From: an uncultured Gammaproteobacteria bacterium
GTDB lineage: Bacteria > Patescibacteriota > Patescibacteriia > Patescibacteriales > UBA12465
Assembly: GCA_964639785.1 (NCBI GenBank)
Contig: CAZXEE010000001.1
Coordinates: 314,556 to 378,555, forward strand
Direction of reading: 5' to 3'
DNA: 64,000 bases
Position 1 is the stretch's first letter. Each line of letters begins with the position of its first letter. Made by a program: the position numbers and the translations under genes. This document shows, piece after piece, positions 39,074 to 47,422 of this stretch. A model generated the notes under the pieces. That model was not told where the DNA came from, searched no databases, and saw nothing but the letters and a program-made list of their open reading frames with translations.

Positions 39074-39430
39074 ATGATTCTATACATCGATACTTCAGAT
39101 CGGAGCCGGATCAATATCGCTTTGAGGCTGAAGGACAAAAACATCGTTTCGAAATCTTTCTTGGCCCAGCAGAAGCAGGCCGAGAGATTATTGGTAGAAA
39201 TCGACAAACTGCTCGCCAAGGCTGGCAAGAAGCTGAAGGACTTGGAGCAGATTGAGGTCATGGAAAAGGGCAGCAGCTTTACAGCTTTGCGGATCGGCGT
39301 TTTGACCGCCAATGCCTTGGCTTTTGCCTTACAGATTCCGGTAGTTCCGGCGATGGGACAAAAAGCTTTAACTAAAAAAGGAGTCAAAGTAGTGGCGCCG
39401 GAATATGACCGGATGCCTAATATTGGTTAA
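39074..39430 (+). CDS. Short TsaB/YeaZ-like protein (N-terminal half only, 118 aa)
   Basis: ILYIDTSD... and GSSFTALRIGVLTANALAFALQIPV resemble the TsaB glycoprotease-family N-domain. Confidence 0.45.
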   Translation: MILYIDTSDRSRINIALRLKDKNIVSKSFLAQQKQAERLLVEIDKLLAKAGKKLKDLEQIEVMEKGSSFTALRIGVLTANALAFALQIPVVPAMGQKALTKKGVKVVAPEYDRMPNIG

Positions 39431-39435
39431 TTTAT

Positions 39436-40908
39436 ATGAAAAAATTTCTCATTTCCATCTTGATAGCTTGCAATCTCTGGGTCTGGTTCCCGGTGGCTTC
39501 GGCTGATGCTGCCGGTTTATCCGGAAGGATCTTCCTCCAGGTCCAAGACAAGGGCCAGGCTTGGTATATCTATCCGGTCGATTCCAAGAGATATTATCTG
39601 GGCCGTCCTAATGACGCTTTCAATGTCATGCGGAAATTGGGCTTGGGAGTTTCAGAAAAAGATTTCTATTCCTTTGCTATCAAGCCGCCAAAGAATATCT
39701 TGGGCCGCATCATCTTGCGGGTCCAGAGCAGCGGCCAAGCCTATTATGTCGATCCGGTGAGCGGACACTTGAATTATCTGGGCCGTCCCGATGACGCTTT
39801 CCGGGTGATGCGGAATTTGGGAGAGGGAATCACTAATGCTGATTTGAATAAGATCGTTTTGGGATATCTGGGAGTCATTTCTGATACTCCGGTGCCGAGC
39901 ACGATCACTTTGACAGCGGATCAGCGCTTGGTCAAATTCGTGTGGAAATATGACGGCCGCAGCTATTATCTCAACGAGATTTTCAGCAAGAGCCTTTACA
40001 ATCAATATAGCTCTATGCCCCGGGTCCTGACTTATCCGGAAGGCCAAGCCCCGGCTAACCTGCGCGACAGTTTCTACGCTTTGTTCCTGGCTCCGAGAAG
40101 CGGGGATAATATGCTGGATAAGGTGGTAGCTGACTTGAACAAGATCGCCCAGATTGACGGGATTACCGGTGACAAGCTGATTGAGTTCATGATGGCTTTT
40201 GTCCAATATATCCCATATGATACCAGCAAGGTTAATAATACTAATGTCCCTAACTATATCTATGAAACTTTATACCGCAATTCTGGCGTCTGCTCTGATA
40301 AGAGTTTCTTGGCGGTAGCTATGTTGCGTAAACTGGGTTATGGAGCGGCCATCTTGGATTTCCCGGAAAACAAGCACTCGGCAGCTGGAGTTTCTTGTTC
40401 AGCGGCTGATGCTACCGGAAATTCCGGCTATTGTTTCATTGAAACGACCAATTTTTTCCCGATCGGTGTTATCCCTAACGCTCTGAAGTCGGGTCAAGCG
40501 GAAAATTCCAGCCAATTTGATGGCATTTTTGATGCCGGCCATTTAGGCAGCATGGAGGTTTATCAAAGGACTTCGGCTAAATCCTATGCCGGCTTAGCCC
40601 AGACCAAGGCCAAGGCAGACCTGATCAAAAAATTAGCACAGACTATAGATGGTGAAAAAACTGAGCTGAATACTATCACTTTAGAACTATCTAACGATCG
40701 GGCGGCTTTGGATTCTTTGCAGGTTCAGATGAATAATTACAAGAATAGCGGCGATTGGGATAATTATAATCGGTTGATTCCGCAGTATAATGAGGCGGTT
40801 AGTAATTATAACGACAAATTGGCTAATTATCAGTTGAAAATCGATATCTATAATGCCAATATCAAGGAATATAATAGTTTGAGCAAGGCCTTCTACCAAC
40901 AGAATTAG
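39436..40908 (+). CDS. Secreted transglutaminase-like cysteine-protease-fold protein with two N-terminal tandem repeats and an Asn/Tyr-rich C-terminal coiled coil
   Basis: Signal peptide. Two repeats of about 45 aa (YYLGRPNDAFNVMRKLGLG / NYLGRPDDAFRVMRNLGEG). Transglutaminase core (NSGVCSDKSFLAVAMLRKLGY...H). C-terminus ...YNDKLANYQLKIDIYNANIKEYN. Confidence 0.6.
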   Translation: MKKFLISILIACNLWVWFPVASADAAGLSGRIFLQVQDKGQAWYIYPVDSKRYYLGRPNDAFNVMRKLGLGVSEKDFYSFAIKPPKNILGRIILRVQSSGQAYYVDPVSGHLNYLGRPDDAFRVMRNLGEGITNADLNKIVLGYLGVISDTPVPSTITLTADQRLVKFVWKYDGRSYYLNEIFSKSLYNQYSSMPRVLTYPEGQAPANLRDSFYALFLAPRSGDNMLDKVVADLNKIAQIDGITGDKLIEFMMAFVQYIPYDTSKVNNTNVPNYIYETLYRNSGVCSDKSFLAVAMLRKLGYGAAILDFPENKHSAAGVSCSAADATGNSGYCFIETTNFFPIGVIPNALKSGQAENSSQFDGIFDAGHLGSMEVYQRTSAKSYAGLAQTKAKADLIKKLAQTIDGEKTELNTITLELSNDRAALDSLQVQMNNYKNSGDWDNYNRLIPQYNEAVSNYNDKLANYQLKIDIYNANIKEYNSLSKAFYQQN

Positions 40909-40915
40909 ATAAAAT

Positions 40916-40948
40916 AAAAAAATGGGCTCGCCGGAGTCCATTTTTTGT
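40916..40948. terminator. Bidirectional terminator
   Basis: aaaaaatgggctcgccggagtccattttttg. Confidence 0.75.
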
Positions 40949-40959
40949 TTTTCGCTATT

Positions 40960-41427
40960 TTATAGCCCCATGTTCTTAGGGCCGAATCCCAGCGGCAATA
41001 ATTCGCTGATAGTAGTGACAATGGCTTCGGTCAGGTCACCGTTTAGCAAGATCAATTCGATATCGATGTTGCTTATCTGTGAGGATTCAAAAATCATTTG
41101 GCGGCAAGCTCCACAAGGAGAGACTATTTCTGAACCAATAATCGCATTGTCTTTGTCCATCGTTCCTCCGATGATAGCCATCTGAGAGAAGTGTTGGTGT
41201 CCTTCCGAATTAGCTTTCACTATTGCTGAACGTTCTGCACAAATGCAGGAGCCATAAGCGGCGTTTTCTACATTTGATCCGGTTATGATCTGGTTGGAAG
41301 CGGATTTTAATGAGGCGCCTACATAAAAATGAGAGTAGGGGTTATAGGCCGTCTTCATGGCCGTAAAAGCGGCTTGGGCCAATTCTTTTTGTTCGTCTGT
41401 CAGTTGGTTAAAAGGAATTTTTTTCAT
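40960..41427 (-). CDS. cdd: Cytidine deaminase
   Basis: Zinc-binding motifs CAERSAI and PCGACRQ. Confidence 0.85.
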   Translation of the reverse strand: MKKIPFNQLTDEQKELAQAAFTAMKTAYNPYSHFYVGASLKSASNQIITGSNVENAAYGSCICAERSAIVKANSEGHQHFSQMAIIGGTMDKDNAIIGSEIVSPCGACRQMIFESSQISNIDIELILLNGDLTEAIVTTISELLPLGFGPKNMGL

Positions 41428-41520
41428 TGTTTAGATTTTAAGGATTATGCGGTAATAATAGCTAAAAATGAGATATTCGTCAATTTTTGTCCCTTGATTT
41501 GCTCGGTTCATTTGATATTG

Positions 41521-41549
41521 TTGACATCTAAAGGGAAATAAGCTAATCT
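41521..41549 (+). promoter_or_regulatory. Promoter TTGACA-17-TAATCT for rpsB-tsf
   Basis: Consensus -35. A leader of about 120 nt containing the 8-bp inverted repeat attctgca...tgcagaat. Confidence 0.5.
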
Positions 41550-41670
41550 GGGAAAAGAGGTTTAGGCCTCTATTTTATAATTTATAATAAAAAACATCAT
41601 ATTCTGCACATTTTCTTGTCTGGCCGCTTTTATGGCTAGATCCGCAGAATAGACGTTTAAAGAAAAAACT

Positions 41671-42363
41671 ATGAACATCCCTAAAATTGAGGAATTGTTT
41701 AAAGCTGGTGCCCATTTCGGTCATCGTACCAATCGTTGGCATCCAAAGATGAAGCCTTACATCTTCTGTTCTAAGAAAGGCGTTTATGTTATCGACTTGA
41801 ACAAGACCCAGGAGTGCTTGGAGAGCGCTTTGGGTTATATCCAGAAATTAGTCCAAGAAGAGAAGTCAATCTTGTTCGTCGGTACCAAGAATCAGGTCAA
41901 GAAACCGATGCAGGAAGCGGCTATCGCTGCCGGCATGCCATATATCGTCGGTAAATGGTCCGGCGGTTATCTGACCAATTTCCCAGTTATCAAGAAATCT
42001 ATCAAGAAATATCAGGATCTCTTGTCTCAGAAAGAGACCGGCAGATTGGATAAATATAATAAGAAGGAACGTTTGAATATCGACCGTGAATTGAAGAAGA
42101 TGGAAGTCAAATTAGGCGGCTTGGTCAGCTTGAACAAGTTGCCTGACGTTTTATTCGTCTGGGATATCAAGGAAGAAGCTACCGCTATTGAAGAAGCTTT
42201 GAGCATGAAGGTCCCGGTTATCGCTGTTGTCGATACTAACGTCAATCCGGAATTGGTAAAATTCCCGATCCCAGCCAATGATGATTCCACTAAGACCGTA
42301 AAGGTTATTTTGGCATCAGTTGTTGACGCTGTAGCTGAAGCCCGCAAAGGCAAGAAGGCTTAA
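41671..42363 (+). CDS. rpsB: 30S ribosomal protein S2
   Basis: MNIPKIEELFKAGAHFGHRTNRWHPKM... is the canonical S2 sequence. Confidence 0.9.
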   Translation: MNIPKIEELFKAGAHFGHRTNRWHPKMKPYIFCSKKGVYVIDLNKTQECLESALGYIQKLVQEEKSILFVGTKNQVKKPMQEAAIAAGMPYIVGKWSGGYLTNFPVIKKSIKKYQDLLSQKETGRLDKYNKKERLNIDRELKKMEVKLGGLVSLNKLPDVLFVWDIKEEATAIEEALSMKVPVIAVVDTNVNPELVKFPIPANDDSTKTVKVILASVVDAVAEARKGKKA

Positions 42364-42395
42364 GAAAAAATAAATCATTTAATCTCATAAATAAT

Positions 42396-43190
42396 ATGGA
42401 ACAGATCAAAGCTTTACGTGAAAAAACCGGCGCTGGCATGGTTGATTGTAAGAAGGCTCTAGAAGAAGCCGGCGGCGATTTAGATAAAGCGGTAGAAATC
42501 TTACGTAAGAAAGGTATCGCTAAGGCAGCTAAGAGAACCGATCGGGAAACCAGCGAAGGTTTGGTTTTGGTGGGCGTCAATGACGACCACACCGAAGGTT
42601 ATATCTTGGAAGTCGATTCTGAAACTGATTTCGTATCTCGCAATGAAAAATTCCAGGACTTTGCCAAGGCTACCTTGGAATTGGTTAAGACTCAGAAACC
42701 GGCTGATTTAGAAGCTTTATTCGCTTTATCAATCGATGGCTTGTCAGTCAAGGATACTTTGGATAATTTAAGCGGTACTATCGGTGAAAAATTGGGTATC
42801 AAGGGTTTTGCTATCTTAAATGGCGCTACCGTTTCCAGCTATTCTCATTTAGGTGGCAAGATCGGAGTCTTGGTAGCTTTGTCTGAAGCTGGCAAGAGCG
42901 AATTAGCTACCGATATCGCTATGCAGGTAGCTGCTTCCAATCCTAAATATTTGTCTCCGGAAGAAGTACCGGCTGAAGAAATCAATAAGGAAAAGGAAAT
43001 CTATCGCGAACAGTTGGTCAAAGAGGGCAAGCCGGAACAGATGATCGAAAAGATTTCTGAAGGCAAGGTTAACAAGTATTATTCCGAAGTCTGCCTCTTG
43101 AAGCAAGAATTCATCAAGGATGACAAACAGACCGTCGAAGGTATCCTGAAGGGGACCAAGATCGAAAAGTTCATCCGTTTCAGCCTATAA
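42396..43190 (+). CDS. tsf: Elongation factor Ts (short form)
   Basis: IKALREKTGAGMVDCKKALEEAGGDLDKAVEIL is the UBA-like N-terminus of EF-Ts. Confidence 0.9.
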   Translation: MEQIKALREKTGAGMVDCKKALEEAGGDLDKAVEILRKKGIAKAAKRTDRETSEGLVLVGVNDDHTEGYILEVDSETDFVSRNEKFQDFAKATLELVKTQKPADLEALFALSIDGLSVKDTLDNLSGTIGEKLGIKGFAILNGATVSSYSHLGGKIGVLVALSEAGKSELATDIAMQVAASNPKYLSPEEVPAEEINKEKEIYREQLVKEGKPEQMIEKISEGKVNKYYSEVCLLKQEFIKDDKQTVEGILKGTKIEKFIRFSL

Positions 43191-43203
43191 TATTATTTCT
43201 TTA

Positions 43204-43232
43204 CAATTCCGCCTTCTAGGCGGAATTGTCTT
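43204..43232 (+). terminator. Weak terminator-like hairpin
   Basis: caattccgccttctaggcggaattg followed by tcttatt (short U-tract). Confidence 0.4.
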
Positions 43233-43241
43233 ATTACGCTT

Positions 43242-44051
43242 ATGAAAATAGTCCAAGTCCAGTTTTCTCCCTGGGACAAAAAATATAGCTTTATCAATAG
43301 TGATAATCTCGCTCTTAATATCGGCGACCAGGTTATCGTCGACACTGATTTAGGTTTGGAGATCGGAGAAGTGGCCGGCTTCCTGAAAGAAGCAGAAGAC
43401 CAGACAGCCGAAATCAAACCGGTTGTCCGTTTGGCCAATGAGGATGATTTGGCTCGGGTAGTGTCTGAAGACAAGAAGAAGGAATCTTTGGTATATTGCC
43501 AGGAATTGGTAGAGAAATATAATCTGCCGATGAAATTGGTCGATATCCATTTCGCTTTGGGCGGCTCCCGCATGAACTTCGCTTTTGCCGCTGAAGGCCG
43601 GGTCGATTTTCGCCAATTAGTGAAGGATTTGACCGCTCACTTCAATACCAGTATCCGTCTGACTCAGATCGGAGCTCGTGATGAAGCTCGGGTCAATGGT
43701 GATTGCGGTCATTGCGGCCGGAATCTGTGTTGCCAGAAATTCATCAAGGATTTTTCTTCCATCACTTCTGAGATGGCTGAAGTCCAGCAGGTAGTCCATC
43801 GAGGTAGTGATCGTATCTCTGGCATGTGCGGCCGTTTGATGTGCTGCTTGTCATATGAATATGACGGTTACCAGGAATTGGCTAAAAAATTGCCACCGAT
43901 CGGAGCTAAAGTCAATGTTGATGGCCAGAGAGGTGAAGTCTTGGGACATCATGTCTTGAAGCAATCGGTCGATGTCAAGTTTCCGGGAGAAAAAGGAGAG
44001 GGATATGTCGTAGTCGAGGTTGACCTCAATCGGCATAACAAGAAGAAATAG
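43242..44051 (+). CDS. PSP1 C-terminal domain protein (YaaT/RicT-like)
   Basis: The PSP1 family pattern and a Cys-rich segment CGHCGRNLCCQKF...CGRLMCC. Confidence 0.65.
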   Translation: MKIVQVQFSPWDKKYSFINSDNLALNIGDQVIVDTDLGLEIGEVAGFLKEAEDQTAEIKPVVRLANEDDLARVVSEDKKKESLVYCQELVEKYNLPMKLVDIHFALGGSRMNFAFAAEGRVDFRQLVKDLTAHFNTSIRLTQIGARDEARVNGDCGHCGRNLCCQKFIKDFSSITSEMAEVQQVVHRGSDRISGMCGRLMCCLSYEYDGYQELAKKLPPIGAKVNVDGQRGEVLGHHVLKQSVDVKFPGEKGEGYVVVEVDLNRHNKKK

Positions 44052-44075
44052 TAATTAGATATTTTTTAGATATAG

Positions 44076-44109
44076 AAAAGCGTTCTCGCAGGAGAGCGCT
44101 TTTTGTTTT
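44076..44109 (+). terminator. Rho-independent terminator
   Basis: aaaagcgttctcgcaggagagcgctttttgtttt. Confidence 0.8.
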
Positions 44110-44172
44110 GCCCTTTTTGCCGTTTTTGTGCTATAATTGAAAGGTAAATTATTAATACTTAGAATTAAAATT

Positions 44173-45183
44173 ATGACCAAATTAGCGATTAACGGTTTCG
44201 GCCGCATTGGCCGGGCCGTCTTGAAGATTCTCTTGGAGCGTTATCCGGAGGTTAAGATAGTGGCTATCAATGACTTGACTGATACCAAGACCTTAGCTCA
44301 TCTGCTTAAGTATGATTCTTGCTATGGAATCTATGGGGAAAATGTTTCATCCGATGCCAAGCACATAATCGTCAAAGGCCAAAAGATACCGGTTCTAGCT
44401 GAAAAGGATCCGACTTTGTTGCCTTGGAAGAAATTGGATGTCGATGTTGTGTTGGAATGCACCGGCCGCTTCACCAACAAGGAGGGTTTGTCTTTCCATC
44501 TGCAAGCTGGCGCCAAGAAGGTTCTTCTGTCCGCTCCGGCCAAGGGCAAGGAAGATAAAGTGAAGACTGTGGTGATCGGTGTCAATGAAGACAAGATGAC
44601 TAAGGCTGACAAGATGCTGTCTTGCGCTTCTTGCACGACTAATTGCTTGGCTCCGGTTTCAGATATCATCCGCCAATATTTCGGCATCAAGAAAGCTATC
44701 ATGACCACTATCCATTCTTATACCGCTGACCAGAACTTGGTTGACGGACCGCACAAGGATCTGCGCCGAGCTCGAGCTGCAGCATTGAATATGGTTCCGA
44801 CTACGACCGGTGCGGCGATTTCCGTTACCGAAACTATCCCTTCACTGAAGAACAAGTTCGATGGCTTGGCAGTCCGCGTTCCGACTCCAGTCGGTTCATT
44901 ATGCGATATCGTTTTCGTTACCAAGAAGAAAGTGACAGTGGAAAAGGTTAATGAAGCCTTCAAGAAAGTAGCCAAGATGAAGCGCTATCAGGGAATCATC
45001 CAAGCTAGCGAGGAACCGTTGGTATCCTCGGATATCGTCGGCAATGCTCATAGTGCTATTGTCGATCTGCCGATGACCAAGGTGGTTGATGGCGACTTGT
45101 TGAAGGTTACCGCTTGGTATGACAACGAGTGGGGTTATTCCAACCGCTTAGCTGACTTGGCTGTTTCTTTTGCCAAGAAATAA
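44173..45183 (+). CDS. gap: Glyceraldehyde-3-phosphate dehydrogenase
   Basis: MTKLAINGFGRIGR and the catalytic SCTTNCLAP. Start at the ATG at 44173. The track's TTG at 44137 lies inside the TGcTATAAT promoter at 44129-44137. Confidence 0.9.
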   Translation: MTKLAINGFGRIGRAVLKILLERYPEVKIVAINDLTDTKTLAHLLKYDSCYGIYGENVSSDAKHIIVKGQKIPVLAEKDPTLLPWKKLDVDVVLECTGRFTNKEGLSFHLQAGAKKVLLSAPAKGKEDKVKTVVIGVNEDKMTKADKMLSCASCTTNCLAPVSDIIRQYFGIKKAIMTTIHSYTADQNLVDGPHKDLRRARAAALNMVPTTTGAAISVTETIPSLKNKFDGLAVRVPTPVGSLCDIVFVTKKKVTVEKVNEAFKKVAKMKRYQGIIQASEEPLVSSDIVGNAHSAIVDLPMTKVVDGDLLKVTAWYDNEWGYSNRLADLAVSFAKK

Positions 45184-45195
45184 TATTTAAAGATT

Positions 45196-45594
45196 ATGGA
45201 TAAGGTTATTATCGCCTCCGGACCGGTGATTATCGAAGATGGCAAGGTCTTGTTGGCTCAGCATGGCACTGATGATTTCTGGAAGTTTTGCGGCGGACGA
45301 GTAGAAAGCAATGAGGTCAGCCTGATTGAAACTGCCAAGAGAGAAGTTCGAGAAGAGATGGGTGTGGAAATTGAGATCATTGAATCAGAACCGTTCCTGC
45401 TGCATACCGTCAAGGAAACTGGTGATGCCAGAATCGATGTTATCCTAGTCCATTATTTAGCCAAGAGGCTGGGTGATATCCGGCCGGGAAGCGATATTCG
45501 GAAATGGGATTGGATCAGCTTGGCTGATTTGCCGCAAGAACATCTAGCTCCGAATATCTTGCCAACTTTACGTCATTTCGGGTTTATTAAATAA
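45196..45594 (+). CDS. Nudix hydrolase (MutT-like)
   Basis: GGRVESNEVSLIETAKREVREEMGV Nudix box. Confidence 0.7.
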   Translation: MDKVIIASGPVIIEDGKVLLAQHGTDDFWKFCGGRVESNEVSLIETAKREVREEMGVEIEIIESEPFLLHTVKETGDARIDVILVHYLAKRLGDIRPGSDIRKWDWISLADLPQEHLAPNILPTLRHFGFIK

Positions 45595-45602
45595 ATTTTT
45601 TT

Positions 45603-46616
45603 ATGAGTATTATCGCTAAAATCAAAAAAGCTAATCTAGTCGGTCGCGGCGGCGCTTGTTTTCCGACGGCTGTCAAATGGGAATCGGTTCGCAAAGCTCC
45701 GGGAGCAGAGAAGTATGTAGTTATCAATGCCGCTGAAGGCGAACCGGGAGTCCAGAAAGACGGCTATATTTTAGAGAATCATCCGGATGAGATGTTCAAC
45801 GGCGTCCGTCTGGCCATGGAATATCTGGGCGCCAAAAAATGTTATCTGTATATCAATCCGGCTTATTATGAAAAGGACCGATTATTGATCATGAAAGCGG
45901 CTAAGTCCCAGGGATTGGCTAAGAGCTTAGAAGTTTTTGTTAAGCCGCACGATGCTGGTTATATCGGTGGAGAAGAGACTTCAGTCTTGAATGCTATTTC
46001 CGGTTTCAAGATAGAACCGCGCTTGAAACCGCCTTATCCGACGACTGCCGGATTGTGGGAGGCGCCGACATTGATTGATAATGTGGAAACTTTTTATAAC
46101 GTTTCCTTGGTTGATAAAGGACAGTATCTAAAAGAGCGATTTTACACCATCAATGGTCCGGTCAAGAATCCAGGAGTCTATTCTTTCCCGGAAGATTGGA
46201 CGATCGAGAAAGTTTTGTATGAGAGCGGTAATTATCCGAAGTTTGATTTCTTCGTCCAGGTCGGAGGCGATGCTTCCGGAGCGGTTTTCAATCAGGAGCA
46301 ATTGGGAGTGGCGGCTACTGGCGCAGCCTCAATCACTATTTATGACCTAAAGAAGCATAATCCGAAAAAGCTGTTGCAGTATTGGATTAATTTTTTCCAA
46401 GCTAATTCTTGCGGCCAATGTACGCCTTGCCGCGAAGGAACTTATCGCTTGGCTGAGATGTTGAAACAGAGACAAGTCGATTGGAATTCATTTGCTGAGT
46501 TGTTAGATGGTCTGTCAGAAACATCTTTCTGCGCTTTAGGGGGCAGCGTGCCGATTCCGGTTAGATCATATTTTAATAATGTTTTAAATAATAATTTAAA
46601 AAGAATCGTATCATAA
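45603..46616 (+). CDS. NuoF-like flavoprotein (NAD(P)H-binding FMN/4Fe-4S subunit, truncated; hydrogenase HydB/HoxF-type core)
   Basis: GRGGACFPTAVKW (FMN), VINAAEGEPGVQKDGY (NADH), and NSCGQCTPCREG (4Fe-4S). It lacks the N-terminal thioredoxin-like/2Fe-2S extension. Confidence 0.8.
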   Translation: MSIIAKIKKANLVGRGGACFPTAVKWESVRKAPGAEKYVVINAAEGEPGVQKDGYILENHPDEMFNGVRLAMEYLGAKKCYLYINPAYYEKDRLLIMKAAKSQGLAKSLEVFVKPHDAGYIGGEETSVLNAISGFKIEPRLKPPYPTTAGLWEAPTLIDNVETFYNVSLVDKGQYLKERFYTINGPVKNPGVYSFPEDWTIEKVLYESGNYPKFDFFVQVGGDASGAVFNQEQLGVAATGAASITIYDLKKHNPKKLLQYWINFFQANSCGQCTPCREGTYRLAEMLKQRQVDWNSFAELLDGLSETSFCALGGSVPIPVRSYFNNVLNNNLKRIVS

Positions 46617-46662
46617 TCTTGTTGGTCCAGGGATATCTCTCGGTTAATAAGATAAAAAAATT

Positions 46663-47412
46663 ATGGAAAAGACTAAAAAAACAGAGAAGCCGGTTATGGC
46701 CGCTGGGTCTCTGAAGAAAGCAATGATCGGAGTCGATGATTTGGCTTCCGGTTCAATCAAGTTTTATCAGCAGAATTTCAAAAAATTCGTGTTGATGTTA
46801 TTGGTCAGTTTGGGCGCTTATCTGCCTTTCTATCTGATTTCTGAATGGTTAAAGGTTAATACTAATGTAGTTTTGGGAGTGGTCTTGGTTATCTTGTTTA
46901 TCGCTTCAATGTTAGCCCTGATCTATTTCGGCGTTCGCGCCCAGATCGGCATGTATCTGATCTTGAAGAATCCAACCATGAAGTTCAAGGAATTATTCCA
47001 GGGTACCAGAGGACTCTTTTGGAAATTCTTCGGTTTGAGCATCTTGACTGGAATTCTAGTCTTGTTATGGACTTTGCTTTTGATAATTCCTGGTATCATC
47101 TTCGGAGTTTTCTATTCTTTCGCTTTGTACCTGTTAGTCTTTGAAGATGTCAGAGGCATGAATGCTATCAAGAGAAGCAAGGCTTTAGTGACCGGATATT
47201 GGTGGGCAGTCTTTGGCCGGACCATGTTCGTGATCTTGGTGGCTATGCTGATCTCTTTCGTCTTGAGCATTCCTTTCGTCTTTATGTCTCAGGGAACTAT
47301 CGTTTACTCTATCTATAATTCATTGCAGAATATAATCTGGGCTATAATTACTCCGGTCTTCATGATCTTCTCTTACTTGATGTACAAGGATCTGCGCCAT
47401 ATCAAAGGTTAA
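46663..47412 (+). CDS. Hypothetical polytopic membrane protein inside the hydrogenase locus
   Basis: About 5-6 TM helices. No motif. Confidence 0.4.
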   Translation: MEKTKKTEKPVMAAGSLKKAMIGVDDLASGSIKFYQQNFKKFVLMLLVSLGAYLPFYLISEWLKVNTNVVLGVVLVILFIASMLALIYFGVRAQIGMYLILKNPTMKFKELFQGTRGLFWKFFGLSILTGILVLLWTLLLIIPGIIFGVFYSFALYLLVFEDVRGMNAIKRSKALVTGYWWAVFGRTMFVILVAMLISFVLSIPFVFMSQGTIVYSIYNSLQNIIWAIITPVFMIFSYLMYKDLRHIKG

Positions 47413-47422
47413 TAGGATTATT

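Noticed and set aside
44137-44172. TTG-initiated N-terminal extension of gap (MKGKLLILRIKI...), and similarly GTG 10412 for Fic, TTG 12823 for the giant protein, and GTG 62584 for the GT2
   Set aside because: The extensions overlap promoter -10 elements or lack an RBS. The canonical N-termini (MTKLAINGFGRIG and the others) start at in-frame ATGs downstream.
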